Shown piece by piece: positions 1 through 13,840 of a DNA stretch of 64,000 nt; within the stretch, counting starts at the first letter, position 1; the number at the start of each line of letters is the position of its first letter. The notes beneath the pieces were generated by a model, which was not told where the DNA came from, did not search any database, and was given only the letters and a program-made list of their open reading frames with translations. The position numbers and the translations under genes are program-made. Origin of the DNA: Octopus sinensis. Its lineage: Eukaryota. Location of the stretch: contig NC_042999.1 of NCBI RefSeq assembly GCF_006345805.1, positions 83,266,001 through 83,330,000 of the forward strand, in the 5' to 3' direction.

Positions 1-652
1 AGTATTATTTGGCAGAGCAGTTGGATAGAATTGTAGAACAAATAGACTTAGTTAAAAGCTGATTTATGGGATGCTGTGTGCAAAAAAATTTTTAATTACT
101 ATTTATTTAGTTGAAGAAAGAAAATAAATATCTGAGTGGAGATGAACTGCTCTCAACACAAAACAAAAAAAAAGGAGATAACTTCAGGACATTGAAATTA
201 AATTTCCCAAAAGTTAATTTATATGCTTAGGAGAATGGAAGTTTGATGTTTGCCTGCAAACAACGGATAACTATGGACATGTTTCCATCTTTGAGACCCC
301 ATCTACATATTATAATGCACACAAGCCTGCCTGGTTATTTAACAGATTTTCTCATATAGTAGAAGAGTTCTGGATAAGTTTTTAACCAGAACCATTTGCA
401 TGATTCAAAATGAAGTAAGCTAAGGCAAATAACTCAAATAGGTCAATGATATGAATTCAAATAAATAAATTAAAGTTTTATGTACTGATTGTAACTTGCA
501 TAATATTCTTAAGGGGAAAAAGTAAACAAAAGTCTAGAAACAGTTGTTGGCGACTCTCAAAACAAAGGGGAGATAATTTCAAGAAAATATGATTTATTCT
601 ATTTGGCTTAATTTAAATACTTCAAGGAAGGGATATGAGACAAAATACTTTA

Positions 653-1075
653 GGTACTGGCATGGCTGTGAGGTGAGAAGTTTCTTTCCTAACCACATGG
701 TTTTAGATTTAGTCCTAATGTGTGGTACCTTGGCCAGATGTCTTCTGCTGTACTGTTGGGTCCACCAAAGCCTGCCTTGTGAGTGGATTTGGTGGAGGGA
801 AACTGAAAGAAGCCCTTTGTATATGTATGTATATGAACATTTGAATGCATTTATGTGTGTTTGCATGTCTCCTTGCCTTGATTTCTTGTGATAGTTATAA
901 ACAAATGTCACTGACATACAAGTAGTGCTCTCCCTTTCCAATCTTCTGTGAAAACATGGGAAATATTGTCTTACTTGGAAATAGATGAGGGTTGGCAGCA
1001 GTAAGGGCATCCAGTTGCAGAAACTGCACCTCAACAAATTCTATCCAACTAATGCAACCTTGGGGATGATGATGA
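653..1075 (+). mobile_element. SINE-like repeat, family C (gtgtggt..gaag..tgctt..caaccacatggtt...ggaaactgaaagaagccc...agggcatcca)
   Basis: Homologous copies at about 17200-17620, 19715-19995, 61200-61390 (minus) and 22600-22830 (minus). Confidence 0.7.
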
Positions 1076-4000
1076 TGAGTCATTCCTCATCACATTTGCT
1101 GTTACAATTTTTTTTTTTTTTTTTGTACAACTAAAACACAGAATGCCTGCCAAATATTTCATCTCAGATTTGATCAAGAATTGACCTTTGCTCAAGATGT
1201 GTTAAAAAGATATCATCATTTGCATCATCGTGTGTTTATTTATTTATTTATTTATTTATATTTTTTACTTATTTTCTTCGTACATTGATCATTTTCCACT
1301 GATTTTTATTTTTCTCTGTGTCCAAACAGATATTTTCATTAAAAAAATTCATTTAGTTTATTATTAAAACATAATCTTTAAAAAGAGAGTAAATTCATGA
1401 AAATCATCAGCAAACTTATTCTTATATAATGTTGGTTTATATATATATATTTATTTATTCATTCTTCTCTTATTTCACATGATTACAAACTTCATTCCGC
1501 ATTCATTATTCTTTCTTTTTGAAGTCATTGTTTTATTTACGCACACACACACACACACACATTCAATTTTTCCATTTTTCACTTTATCTTTTAAGGTAGT
1601 GAAAAATAATTTCAAATTCATGACAGTTTCTCAAAACTTGGTTAATTTTCATACTATGATATGTTTCTCTCTCTGCTTCTTTATATCTACCTGTCTCTCT
1701 CTCGATCTGTCTATTTCTCTCCACCCTCCTCTCTCTCTCTCTCTTTCTCTCTTGCAGCTTTGAATGGAATTTATAGATGTCTTGCAAAGCTAGCTTCTGA
1801 TGCACCTTAATGTATATGGCACTGTATTGACACGATATGTCTATCTTTCTCATTTTTCTCCTCTCCATCTATCTATCTATCTATCTTTTATATATATATA
1901 TAAATATATATGTTTATATCCCTATCTGTCTCCCTTTTTTTCTCTCCCCCTTGAGAGTATGTGTGTGTGTACGTATATATATGTATGTATATATATATAT
2001 TATATATATATATATACACACACACACATGTACATACGTCCACACTTTTCCATTCATTATAATGATGTTTTAACGAACAATATTTATTTTGTTATTGCAT
2101 TTTTCTTGGTAATTCTCAAGGTAAAATGGAGTAAACAATAACTTCTAATGAGTATACTGTGTATGTATGTATGTATGAGTTGTGTGCTCATGCCAATATA
2201 TATGTCTGTATATATGTTATGTGTCTATATATATGGTATAGTTATCTACATGTTTCTCTGTATAATTTATGTGTGTGTATGTATACAATGTCTATGTAAA
2301 TTGTATTTATTTATACATGTTTCTATATAGATAATGTGTGGATTTGTATATGTGTACACACATATGTATGTGTCTGCATGCACTAAAATATCTGTTATAT
2401 ATGTGTTTTTGTGTGTATTTATGTATTGTGTTCTTATGCTTATATGTATGTGTATGTACATGATTACACATGTATTTAATTCTGAAAGAGCCGCATATTG
2501 GCTTTGGAGCAAGAGAGATAAATTAAGCTGGAAGAGATGAGAAGCAGTGACCTGGCCACCTCTGCTGACCCACCAAAAGGAGTGTGTTAATGGTTCAGGG
2601 TTGAAACACCCGATGAATGTTGGATACCACCTGTTGACATGAGTTCCTCATAGCCAAAGCTCCATTCACTTTGGTGAATGGAAAAAGCACCTTCCTAGAG
2701 GTGTGTGAACATGAATACACATGTCTATAACTGTATGTGTGTGTGTGTACCCACATATCCCGCTGTAAAAACCATATCAAAGATTAGACACTGTAGCAAG
2801 ATCCATTGAATCTTGATGAACTTTCCAACCCATGCAAGTGTAGAAAGCAAATGTAAAATAATTATGCTAATGAAGGTGATGCTTATTACTTATTGGGCAA
2901 CATTAGAGGTTTCTGGCCTAGTTCTCATCCAGGCCTTGATCGTAGCTACATTAGAAATTTTACATTAATACTAGTTTGTCAACTAGCTACAGATACCAGT
3001 CAAATTTTTTTAATTCCATGCAGTACCCTCCCACTCCCTGCCAAAATAAGTCACACTGGAAAACATAATCCAGAGGACACTGCAAGTAGTCATAGCATAA
3101 ACGATGAGCTCAAATAAAACCAAAATAGGTCCAGACCTGTCACCATATTGCTTTGAAATTAGACTTACTCTCCTCTGCACTCCACATTAAGTGAAAGCTC
3201 CAATGCCCTCTCTTCAGTTCAACCATTTAAGCATTTTGGTTTGAACAAATGCAGACAACATAGAATGATGAGGGCTCTTTTGTATCCAGAGTACTGGGCA
3301 ACAGGCCACCTTACTGGTGCTACTGCCATTGATAAAATACACTGAGTACTCTTTCTAAAGTGGTTGGAAAATGAGAGCAGTTAATGTCTTGTTGAAAGGA
3401 CCCTTTAGTGAGGATATTGGTGATCTCCAATGTTGATCTCATATTAAAACACACCTACTACACCCTGTGTGTATTAAAAGGAGTATCCAGCCATTGAAAC
3501 CACGTCAACAATTGGTCATATGAGTGACATAATATAATTCACCAACCCACCCATAATTGCAGTGTCTTTGGATAAGAACTAATTCAAAACATGTCAACCT
3601 ATTCTAGCATAGTAGAAGGCATGAAATGTTTATGATGATTAGTCTGAAGAGGAAGTCAGTACAAATAACCCTCTATAGGAGGTCCTAGACTGGTGGAAAA
3701 CTGACGTACATGCTTGTAACAGAGTAAACTCCTGTGGGTCTTGTTGGTTGTGAAACCAAGCAACTGGGGAAATACTTAGTTATTTTTTTTCATGTCTGTA
3801 TTAGAAAGTGCAGCAAATATTGGTGCTATATATGTCTTGTAACAAATTATTCTATTTAAGAATATTAAAAATTACTACCCCTAAAACTGGGTTGTTACAA
3901 ATGATGGAATACAATATACATCTGTTAGTGTTTATGGTCCTGTTTTTAGCTGTTGAAATGACGAATAATTTTTAAATGAGAGGAACAGATATTTACAATG

Positions 4001-5207
4001 AGCCAGTTTGGGGGCAGGGACATTTTGTATAGTATTAAATTCTTTCTTACAGACATGTTAACATGTACCCATGTATGTGTGTAATATACACATACATTTT
4101 ATCTCTGTATGAACAAGTGGTTTGAAAGTTCACTTTGTTATTATGTGGTTACAGGTTCAGCCCAACTGCATGGCATTCTGTACCTATAGCCTCTGATCAA
4201 TCCAAGCTTAGTGTGTAAAATTAGATTGATAAGGACTGCACAAGTGTCAGTAATTCTGCCTTATCACTTCCTCTTTCTCCCTCTGTCACTCTCACACACA
4301 GAGTAAAGATGATTCTGCCCAAGTATCACATCAAAAATACAAGTATTTGTGGAACTCTTACCCACTAACATTACTGTAATTCTATTAGCAATTCAATTGA
4401 TTAACACCTGGAAGATTTATAAACACTTGTGGGGAATCCATTTTACCCACACCCTCCACCACCAAATTTTTAAGTTTGTATATGTAATATATGTATTATT
4501 ATAGCTATATTAATTATTATCATTTTATATCATTTTTCTCATGCCTGTATATAGTTAATATATCTACAGGTACACACCATTTACAAGCACTGATCTACGA
4601 TGTATAAAGAATGTTTCTACAACATTCTGTTGACTCCTATTCCTTCCAAGAGCACCTGCCATATATTTCTGTGAGAGAAAAAGCCAAGGCTACATAAATG
4701 TTTTACTTGTAAAGCATTTGTCTCTCATCATATATTAAATGGCAATAAAATAATTGCATGTATCTGTAAATTCTTCAGATAGACATAGTCAAACCATTTA
4801 GGATAAACATCTATTTGCTGTGGATGTGGCTGTACTAATGACACCAGAGCTCCCTGGTGCACCCCCTCATAATTGCATGAGTTTTGTCAGATCAGAATTT
4901 GGTAGTCTGAGCTAGATGTTTCCACCATCATTAATGCTCATTCTTGCTACACTACTCATCCTCTCTCTTTCATTCTCTCTTGAGCCAGATGTTATGGCTT
5001 GCTTTCTCAGAGACATCCAACAACTTTCTGGCAACATGTTTTGTCTCTTCCACTAAAATATAATTCCTAAGCTTAATCCCTCTGGATAACATCTTGATCA
5101 GCTGTTTTTTAGTGAAACCTTATGATGGCTGGCACATTTTAAGTGGAACTTGGCTGGCAAGAATTGTGCAGAAATTTGTCATGTATATATATATAGAGCC
5201 TATGTGA

Positions 5208-5515
5208 AGACACATGGCTTAGTGGTTGGGATATTCGGCTCACAATTGTAAGGTCTTGAGTTCAATTCCTGGTGATGCATTGTGTCCCTGAGCAAGACAA
5301 TTTATTTTCACATTGCTCCAGTCCACTCAGCTGGCAAAAATGAGTTGTATCTGTATTTCAAAGGGCCAGCCTTGTCACATTCTGTGTCATGCTGACTCTC
5401 CCCAAAAACCATGTGTCTGTGGAATGCTCAACCACTTTCCACATTACTTTCACGAGCAGGCTGTTCTGTTGATCATATCATCTGGGACCCTCATCGTCAT
5501 AACTGACAGAGTGCT
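5208..5515 (+). mobile_element. Older tRNA-derived SINE
   Basis: TGGCTTAGTGG A box and GAGTTCAATTCC B box; body similar to 57460-57660. Confidence 0.7.
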
Positions 5516-5945
5516 TCTATATAGCCTATGCTTTAATAATACAATTCTGTTACAAAAGCCTCTGAGTACTTTTGGTAAATTAGATGAGGAAGGATGTAAG
5601 AGACCAAATTGGCTTAACAGGAATGAACTTCAGTTTCCCTTTGTGTGTCTCCTCTAATTTGCATATATATATATATATATTTGACTGTTTGTGTGTCCAT
5701 ATTCATTTTTGTATCTATGTTCGTTGGTGTAAAAAGCAGTGTTGTATCAAGAAATGTAACTTAGCCATTTGTTAAAATATAAATCAATAAAATAAGTACA
5801 ATTAACTAAAATCCCTTGAAGTAATTTCTCCCAGCATAATTTACAATCTAATGACAAGCCTTTGATTGGTTTTTCTCTGAGTACTGCAATATTATGCTGA
5901 GAATTTGCATGGGTAAAAATATATTTGAAAGACTGACAACATTAC

Positions 5946-5999
<54 letters not shown>

Positions 6000-6211
6000 C
6001 ATACATACATACATACATACATACATACATACATACATACACACACACACAAATTTACATATTTATATGAAACATAAATTTATCATGCAGACCAAATACA
6101 AAGAAGATTAAAGCTGAAAAAATTAATTTGCATTTAACATTTTTTAATACTGTAATTCTGACAAGCAAGAAAACAAAGTGAATTAAGAAAAATCAATTCA
6201 ACACATATCTA

Positions 6212-6262
<51 letters not shown>

Positions 6263-6374
6263 CATCACACACAAAACACATAAACCCTCACACACACACA
6301 CACACACAAAGTTTTTGTCACAATTTTGCAAACCGCCTATCTACACATTTCCTTGCTTGTTTATTGATTCACAC

Positions 6375-6377
<3 letters not shown>

Positions 6378-6447
<70 letters not shown>

Positions 6448-6768
6448 TATATGTATGTATTATATATATGTATGTATGTAATGTATGTATGTATGTATAT
6501 ATATGTATGTATGTATGTATATATGTATGTATGTGTATGTATGTATGTATGTATATGTATGTATGTATGTATATATATGTATGTATGTATATATATGTAT
6601 GTATGTATATATATGTATATGTGTATGTATGTATATGTGTATGTATGTATATGTGTATGTATGTATATGTATGTATGTATATATATGTATGTATGTATAT
6701 ATATATGTGTATGTATATATATGTATGTATATATATATATGTGTATGTATATATATGTATGTATATAT

Positions 6769-6813
<45 letters not shown>

Positions 6814-6817
6814 TATT
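6378..6817. repeat. Compound (TA)n/(TATG)n microsatellite
   Basis: Direct reading; source of several spurious I/Y/M/C/V ORFs. Confidence 0.95.
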
Positions 6818-7203
6818 AGTTGTAATACACAACGCTCAAATGTTCGTAAATCGCTTTTTATTATTTCTCTTGCTCAAAACACCTTTTTGTTAAAATCTTT
6901 GTTCCTGTTTTGTTCCCATTGTTCTTTTTATTATTATTCTTGTTGTTATTATTACTTTCTGTTTTTTTCCCCCTCCATCTCACTTTTATTATCAGTTTTC
7001 TCTTGTTTTGGTTGTCAACCTTTTCTTGTATATACTGGTGTCTGTTCTTTTTCTGATTCGATCTATTTAGTTCCATTGAAATCTCGGATAGGTGTAGAAA
7101 TAATATTCTTCTTCCAATAATATGATATATTGTTGCCAATGATATTGATTTGTGTCTATAAGAAATTTTTTTTTTGTTTTTTGTGATATTATTCTTATCA
7201 ATA

Positions 7204-7204
<1 letters not shown>

Positions 7205-7234
<30 letters not shown>

Positions 7235-7408
7235 CATCATCATCATTTGTTTACTCCATGTTTTCTTTTGTTTGTTTATTCAATATCTTTTCTCACTTTT
7301 TTTTTTACCTTTCAGAGACCTCTTTCAGACAACTGTTTATTTTTCTTATATTGTTTGTTGTTGTTATTATTATTATTATTATTATTATCATCATCATCAT
7401 TATTATTA

Positions 7409-7447
<39 letters not shown>
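7205..7447. repeat. (ATT)n/(ATC)n microsatellites
   Basis: Direct reading. Confidence 0.9.
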
Positions 7448-7449
<2 letters not shown>

Positions 7450-7869
7450 TTGTTGTATGGGTTAAAGCATGGTTTTAGGAATTTTCAATTCTGAAATGTT
7501 TTTGTTTATCATATGGACTTAATGTATGTTTGGATGGAAAGGTGTGTGTTTTTTTTTCTTTCTGTCTTGTTTCGTTTCTCATTTCTTTCTTACCTATTAT
7601 TATTATTATTTTTTTTTTTTTTTTTTTCATTTTTTTGTTGGGTTGGTTTGATTCCCTGTCATGTTTTGTGTTGGTGTTCATTGCTGCTGTTCTTGTTGTT
7701 CTTGTTGTTCTTGTTTTCTTTCTGGTTGCTCTTGCAACTTTTGCCGTTCATTTCGCTTGTTGCTGGGTGGGATTTTTCATTAAGATATGTTTATGTAAAT
7801 ACTGTAGTCTCCTTGTTCTTTGTTTAGACAATACAAAGATGTACATATGTTTGTGTTTACCTTCCTCTG

Positions 7870-8259
7870 TGCGTGCGTATGTATGTATGTATATATGTGT
7901 GTGTGTGTGTATATTTATATGTATATATATATATATGTATATATATGTATGTGTGTGTATGTATGTATATATATATATATGTATATATATATGTATGTGT
8001 GTCTGTATGTATATATATATGTATATATATGTGTGTATATATATATATGTATATATTGTATTTAATCTAACATTTATATTGTTAAAAATTCTAATTTATC
8101 ACACGCGTTTATTTGCCTTTGTATGTATATATGTGTGTGTGTGTATATATATATGTATATACATATACATACATGTACATATATATACATATTTATGCAT
8201 GTATATACATATATATACATATTTATAATCATCATATATATAAATATATATATATATAC

Positions 8260-8291
<32 letters not shown>

Positions 8292-8490
8292 GCATGTATA
8301 TATATACATATGTATATACATTCACATATATGTATATATGCACATATATACACATATGTGTATATATATACATATATATATATATATATACATATATATG
8401 TATACATATACTTATATATATATACATACACATACATATATATATATATATATATACACATATATATATATCTCCATATATATATATTTT
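7870..8490. repeat. Compound TA/TG/CA microsatellite
   Basis: Direct reading. Confidence 0.95.
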
Positions 8491-8730
8491 GAAGTGGTTA
8501 GATATAGATATACTTATATACTTAGTATATTATCTAAAGTTTATGTTGTTAAAAATGCTTGTCCATTTTTAACCCCTCCTCATCCACATCCTCCCTTTTT
8601 TTATTTCTTGCCTTTCCCTTCCAGTCCTCCTCGCTTACATTTGCTCTCTCTGCCTCCCTCTCTTTCTCTCTCTTTCCATCCCTCTCTTTCCCCTTTTCCT
8701 CTAACCTTGATTTATTTACCAATCCTGCAG

Positions 8731-8826
8731 GCTTCTTAGACAATGAGATTCCTAGAATCCACCGGAACAAAGGAATCATCAGACTGACCACACCCCATGG
8801 AAATCCCAATGAAATAGAGGCTCCTG
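8731..8826 (+). CDS. Internal coding exon (96 nt, phase 1-1; [32 protein letters not shown]), probable extracellular stalk exon of the semaphorin-1A-like gene
   Basis: Long pyrimidine tract, then cctgcag acceptor ending at 8730; open frame; strong G|gtaaga donor at 8827. The phase-1 end joins in frame to the phase-1 acceptor at 25451 (G+AT = Asp). Only non-repetitive coding-like stretch in 1-9 kb. Confidence 0.7.
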
Positions 8827-9086
8827 GTAAGAAAAATTGAACTACCGCACTAAACCCTGCAAATATGTGTTATTGTTATTATCATCATCATTTAATATAT
8901 ATATATATATATGTATATATATGCATAATTTTTTTATTTATTTATTTATTTTTTTTGGCTGGCTGCAAACTTTTCCACTCACTATTTTGAGTTGCTAAAC
9001 ACGTTATTTATTGTTGCTTCGTTTTCATGCAAAGCTGAAGCCTTCTGCCTCTGTATTAATTCAAAAACTTAGATATAAAAACACTA

Positions 9087-9134
<48 letters not shown>

Positions 9135-12100
9135 CATCTAGTGTCTGTTTTCCATGCTGGCATGGGTTAGGTGGTTTGACTGCAACTGGTAAGCCTGAGA
9201 GCTGCACCAGGCTTCAGTCATTTGTTTTGGCTTGGTTCCTATGACTGGGTACCTTTCCTAACGCCAACTACTCCACAGACCTGGTTGCCTTTTATGTATC
9301 ACCATTTCTTAATAATAATGATAATAATCCTCTCTACTAAAAGCCTGAAATTTTTGTGGGCAAAGGGACTAGTTGATTACATCAACCCCTGTTTGACTGG
9401 ATATTTAATTTATCGACCCCATAAGAATGAAATGCACAGTCGACCTTGGTTCAAAATATTACTAAGCATTTTGCCCATCCTGCTAACAATTCTGCCAGTT
9501 CACTGTCTCAATAATAATAATAATAATAATAATAATCCTTTCTACTAAAAGCACAAGGCCTGAAATTTGGGGGGAGAGGGCCACTTGATTAGATCGACAC
9601 AATATCTTCAATCAACAACCTCATGATATCGTATACTGTGTGATGTCTATAATAATAACAAAACCCATTCTTCCCTGCTATCATGAGGCTTTTTTGGGAG
9701 CTGGATTTTCTACAGAGAGCATGCCCTTGCTTACTCCCCAACCTCAGTTTCTAGACATGAGTGGTCTTGAGACCAAGTCCTCTACCATGATTTTTAAGAA
9801 ATGTGGTGGAAAACTTGCTCAGGAAGGCAGGGATGCTACTCCCTGAGATCCCTTTCAGAGCCCCAATACTTTAATAATTATAATAATAATGATTGTTTCT
9901 AATTTTAAAATAAGGTCAACCATTTGGGGAAGGGGTTAGTTGATCCCATCATCCCAGACCATAGATGGTACTTTATTTTATCAACCTTTAAAGGACAAGA
10001 CCAAAGTTGCCTTTGGCAGTATTTGAACTGATAATCTTTCTCAACATTGTAACAATTCTGCCAGTTAAACAGCTTAATGATAGTGATATTTATTTGAACT
10101 ACATTCAAGTAGAGGGAACAATCAATTAGAGGAATTCCACTATTCGACTGGTACTTTATTAAGAACTTGACAGGCAGTAAACATAGTCAAGTAGGGCAAG
10201 ATTTGAACTCACATTGTAAAGAGACCTCATGAAATGGTACAAGGCATTTTGTCAAACACTTTGATGCTTTTGCCAATTGCTTTTCACTTTTAATTATCAT
10301 GATTTCTATTCTTGGCACATTATCAGAAATCTTAAAAAGGATTAGTTAATCAATTCAACACCAGTCTGGGATTTATTTTATTGAACCATGAAGGATTAAA
10401 AGCAAAAAGCTGACTGCTAGAGAATTTGAACTCAGAGAATTTTGTTTGGCACCATGTCTGCCAACCCATTATCACTAATAATAGAATATGATAAAGAATG
10501 GTAATAACTGATTCTTTTGCTTAGGCACAAGGCTCATTTTTGTCATGAGGACGCAGTATAATTTAGCCTTTTGTTTCCCTAAAATATCACTGGTACCCAC
10601 ATGATTTTTGTATTGAGCACTCTGGGAGAAATACCAGTAATATTCCCCACCATCTTTTACCATATATGTGTGTGTCTGTCTTTGCATTCGTCCATTTGTT
10701 CCGAAGCACTTTTCATTTTGAATTGTTTCTCCTTTTTCTCTCTTCACACTCATTCTTCTGCAGTTGTTTCACTTTTTCTTCTACTTTTACTGCTGCTGCT
10801 ACTACTGCTGCTATTATGACGACTACTACTACTTTTTGGTTTTCTTAACACTGAGGCTGTCTTTTCTTTTCTTTTTTCCTTTGTCATTTCTTTTTCTTTC
10901 CAGTTTCTTCCATATTTTCTTCTTTCTTCTTTATGTTTTCTGTCTTTCATTATCATCCTCTTCGTTCATCTTCTTATTCATATACACAGTAATATTCATT
11001 CTTTATCACCACCACACTACTACCACTTCTATCTCAGCCTCTTCCATTTCACTTCCTCCTTTAATTAGCATCACCATCATCACTCATTCATCCATACATC
11101 TTGTCATCTGCCTGTCAATTGTTCAGCTAACCAACTATCCATCCATTTAACTATTCTTTTACCTATCTACTGTCTCCTTGCTGATCTTGTGTGTTCACTT
11201 GCACTAAAACACTGGCTGATTTTGTTGTACTGTTTTTCTTTTTTTCTATTTTGTGTCCTAAAAAAAATGTTGTTTTTAGTTCAACTCACTCTTTAGTTTT
11301 TGTTGTCTTTACAATGCTTCTTACTCTTGCATGCATTTACTTTTTCACTCTGTGGCTACTTTTCCTTGGAAACAAAGGGAACTCTTTTGATTAGCCAAAA
11401 GCAGCTTTTTCACATGGGGTATTCATTTTTAATGGTTCTTTTCAATTAATTATTTGTCTAATATGTGTATAACGTTTATGGGTTATGATAAGCATGGAGT
11501 TTGTGTCCTCCACTTCTTTTTTTAAATTTGATATGGGCACCATGTCTTCATATGTTGTACTCACGTTTGTTGTGATCACCCGTGTCTTTGATTCCCGTTG
11601 ACACTGTCTTTGCCGTGCACAGCATGTTTGTTGTTGACACGCATGTTTACACTTATTATATATATACACCACCTTTATTATCATTCATTCACCATTTGTT
11701 ACACTGCATCATGTTTGCTGGGTTGTTTGTTTGCTATAACTGTCAAGTTGGTCTAGCACCTCTGTGTCTCTCCATTCTTTTTAGACATCATGTTTTCTGT
11801 TGTGTGCATCTATCATTATTCTTATTTATAGTCATTATCACATTCAAGAATTTATCAACTTATGAGAGAACCTGAAATAATTCTTTTGCCAGAATATTAA
11901 CTCTTGAACTACATCACATAAACTTGCAGGCAGGCTTTGACTTTCTCTATCCAGAAGGGTTTTTCATCTCAACATTTACATGCTATTATTTATAGCTTTA
12001 TGTGATGTTCCTTGAGAGCCAATATTTCAAAAAAGAATTATTAAATATGTTTTGTACTTTTCAGTTTTCATTATATGAAACCTATTATTTTATTTTATTT

Positions 12101-12329
12101 ATTTTTTTTTTGTGGATGTGCTATCGTCATTTTGAGGTGTTGATTTTTTTGTTGTACTATAAAGTAAGCACAGACATGCTGATTTTTGTCTGCTGTTATG
12201 ACTAAGGCATCATTTTTCTCTGGTTGTTTTGACTAATTTACATTTGACACTGGCTGACTCTGTTTTGGACAGTAGCAGCTGCTAGGTGACAGTGGAAACC
12301 AAATATTTATCTATTGTCACCCTCATATT

Positions 12330-12690
12330 AACAAATGGACACTATCTTAAAGTATGGCTTGCCTATGGACACCATGGCTTTCTCTGTTCAGGGACCCATT
12401 GTTGTTCGTTGAGAGCAAACATCATCAGCCTTTTGTTTCTGAACACCATGGTTTTGTTGTGGACTTATATAGCTTTGCTGTAGATGCTACAGCTTTGTTG
12501 TGCTCACTATTGCTTTTTATTTATTTATTTTTTTGTAGACAACATAGCTTTATTGTGGCCTCAAAGCTTTGTTATGGGCACAACAGATTTTTGTGAATAC
12601 TACAGCTTTGCTGTAGACACTACAGTTTTTGTCACAGTTTTTGACATCACAGCTTTGATAAGAAACACCACATTTTTGTTGTATTGTTTG
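12330..12690. repeat. Degenerate ~20-21-bp minisatellite (consensus near acaccacagctttgttgtgg)
   Basis: About eleven recognisable units, e.g. gaacaccatggttttgttgtg, agatgctacagctttgttgtg, agacaacatagctttattgtg, agacactacagtttttgtc. Confidence 0.55.
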
Positions 12691-13108
12691 TTTTGATCAC
12701 TCTGCCCATTATTTGTTGCACACATCTTAAATATTTTGATATGTATGTGTGTAACAGAAACTTAGTAACCAGTGCCAAACTGAGATAATTTCAATAAATC
12801 AAGAATTTGTTATCTGGTATTTGATATACCTGTATTTATCTTTGTTGTTCAGATATATACCACTGGTATATCTCTGAGCTCACCTTTGTTTAAATTATGC
12901 AAATTAATTTTGGTAACTTGAAATACCTTACATGGCAGCTAAGTATCTGTCCTGCAAAAAAAAAAAAAACATTTTTTAAAATAGGAAAATATGTCACCTC
13001 ATGAGGGACTTTATTGGTGTGTGGTTGAAAGGAACGAAATTTCCATTCTTGAAGTAAGGGATAAAAAGGTGAGATGAGAGAGGTAGAGTAAAAGACTGAA
13101 TAGAAAGA

Positions 13109-13160
<52 letters not shown>

Positions 13161-13611
13161 GGGGGAGACCGAGTACAGTTGAAAAATGTGGAAAAAGTTG
13201 TAATACAAGGGATATTGAAAAGAGGTAAGTGGTAATGGAAAAATAGGAAGACAAAAGGGAAAATTCATGGAGAAAAAGAAAGATTTGAAGTGAGAGAGAG
13301 AGAGAAAATAAAGAGGTGACTGAGTAAGAGAAACGTTTTAGGAGGAATATATTATTGTTCAATGTTTTTTGATCAGGTAAGTTGTAAAATGATAACAGAA
13401 CTACTGCTTTTTTGTTATATTGTAAATCTAGGTAAGCCTGAGCCAAGGAGAGAACCATGGCATCTAAATTAGATGGGATGCAATCCACCATACTGTTTTT
13501 TTTCTTCTTCTTCTTTTGTGTGTGTTTCTGTGATGGCTTTTTGTCATTTGACTGACATTCCAGTAGAGTCCATTCACATCATTTTTATTTCAGGCATAGT
13601 GTTTTGCTGTT

Positions 13612-13840
13612 CTAACTCTTTTGATGCCAGTCTGCCTGAGACCACTCCTCATTCTATGACACCCATTTCCTGTTTTAAAGTGTTCTAAATTAAAACCTTC
13701 CATCAAATTTTCAAGTTAATTTGTTCCAAACACCAGCTCAATAATGCCGAAGCTGTTTTACAAAATTCTTCTTTATTTTCAAAATTAATTGAAATAAAAG
13801 CAGCATATTTCAATGGAATATGGTAATGAAAGGGGGTTAA
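13612..13840. mobile_element. piggyBac-like MITE (~230 bp)
   Basis: Right end aagggggttaa and degenerate left end ctaactctttt match the TTAA-CCCTT...AAGGG-TTAA pattern. Confidence 0.55.

Noticed and set aside
232-385. 51-codon open frame after a ttag acceptor (GEWKFDVCLQ...)
   Set aside because: No recognisable semaphorin or other motif and no clear donor; another frame is similarly open.
6315-8572. Long ORFs (up to 232 aa) rich in I/Y/M/C/V/H/T, and similar ones at 31.7-32.6 kb, 54-56.5 kb and elsewhere
   Set aside because: They are translations of TA/TG/CA/TATG microsatellites, which lack stop codons in several frames.
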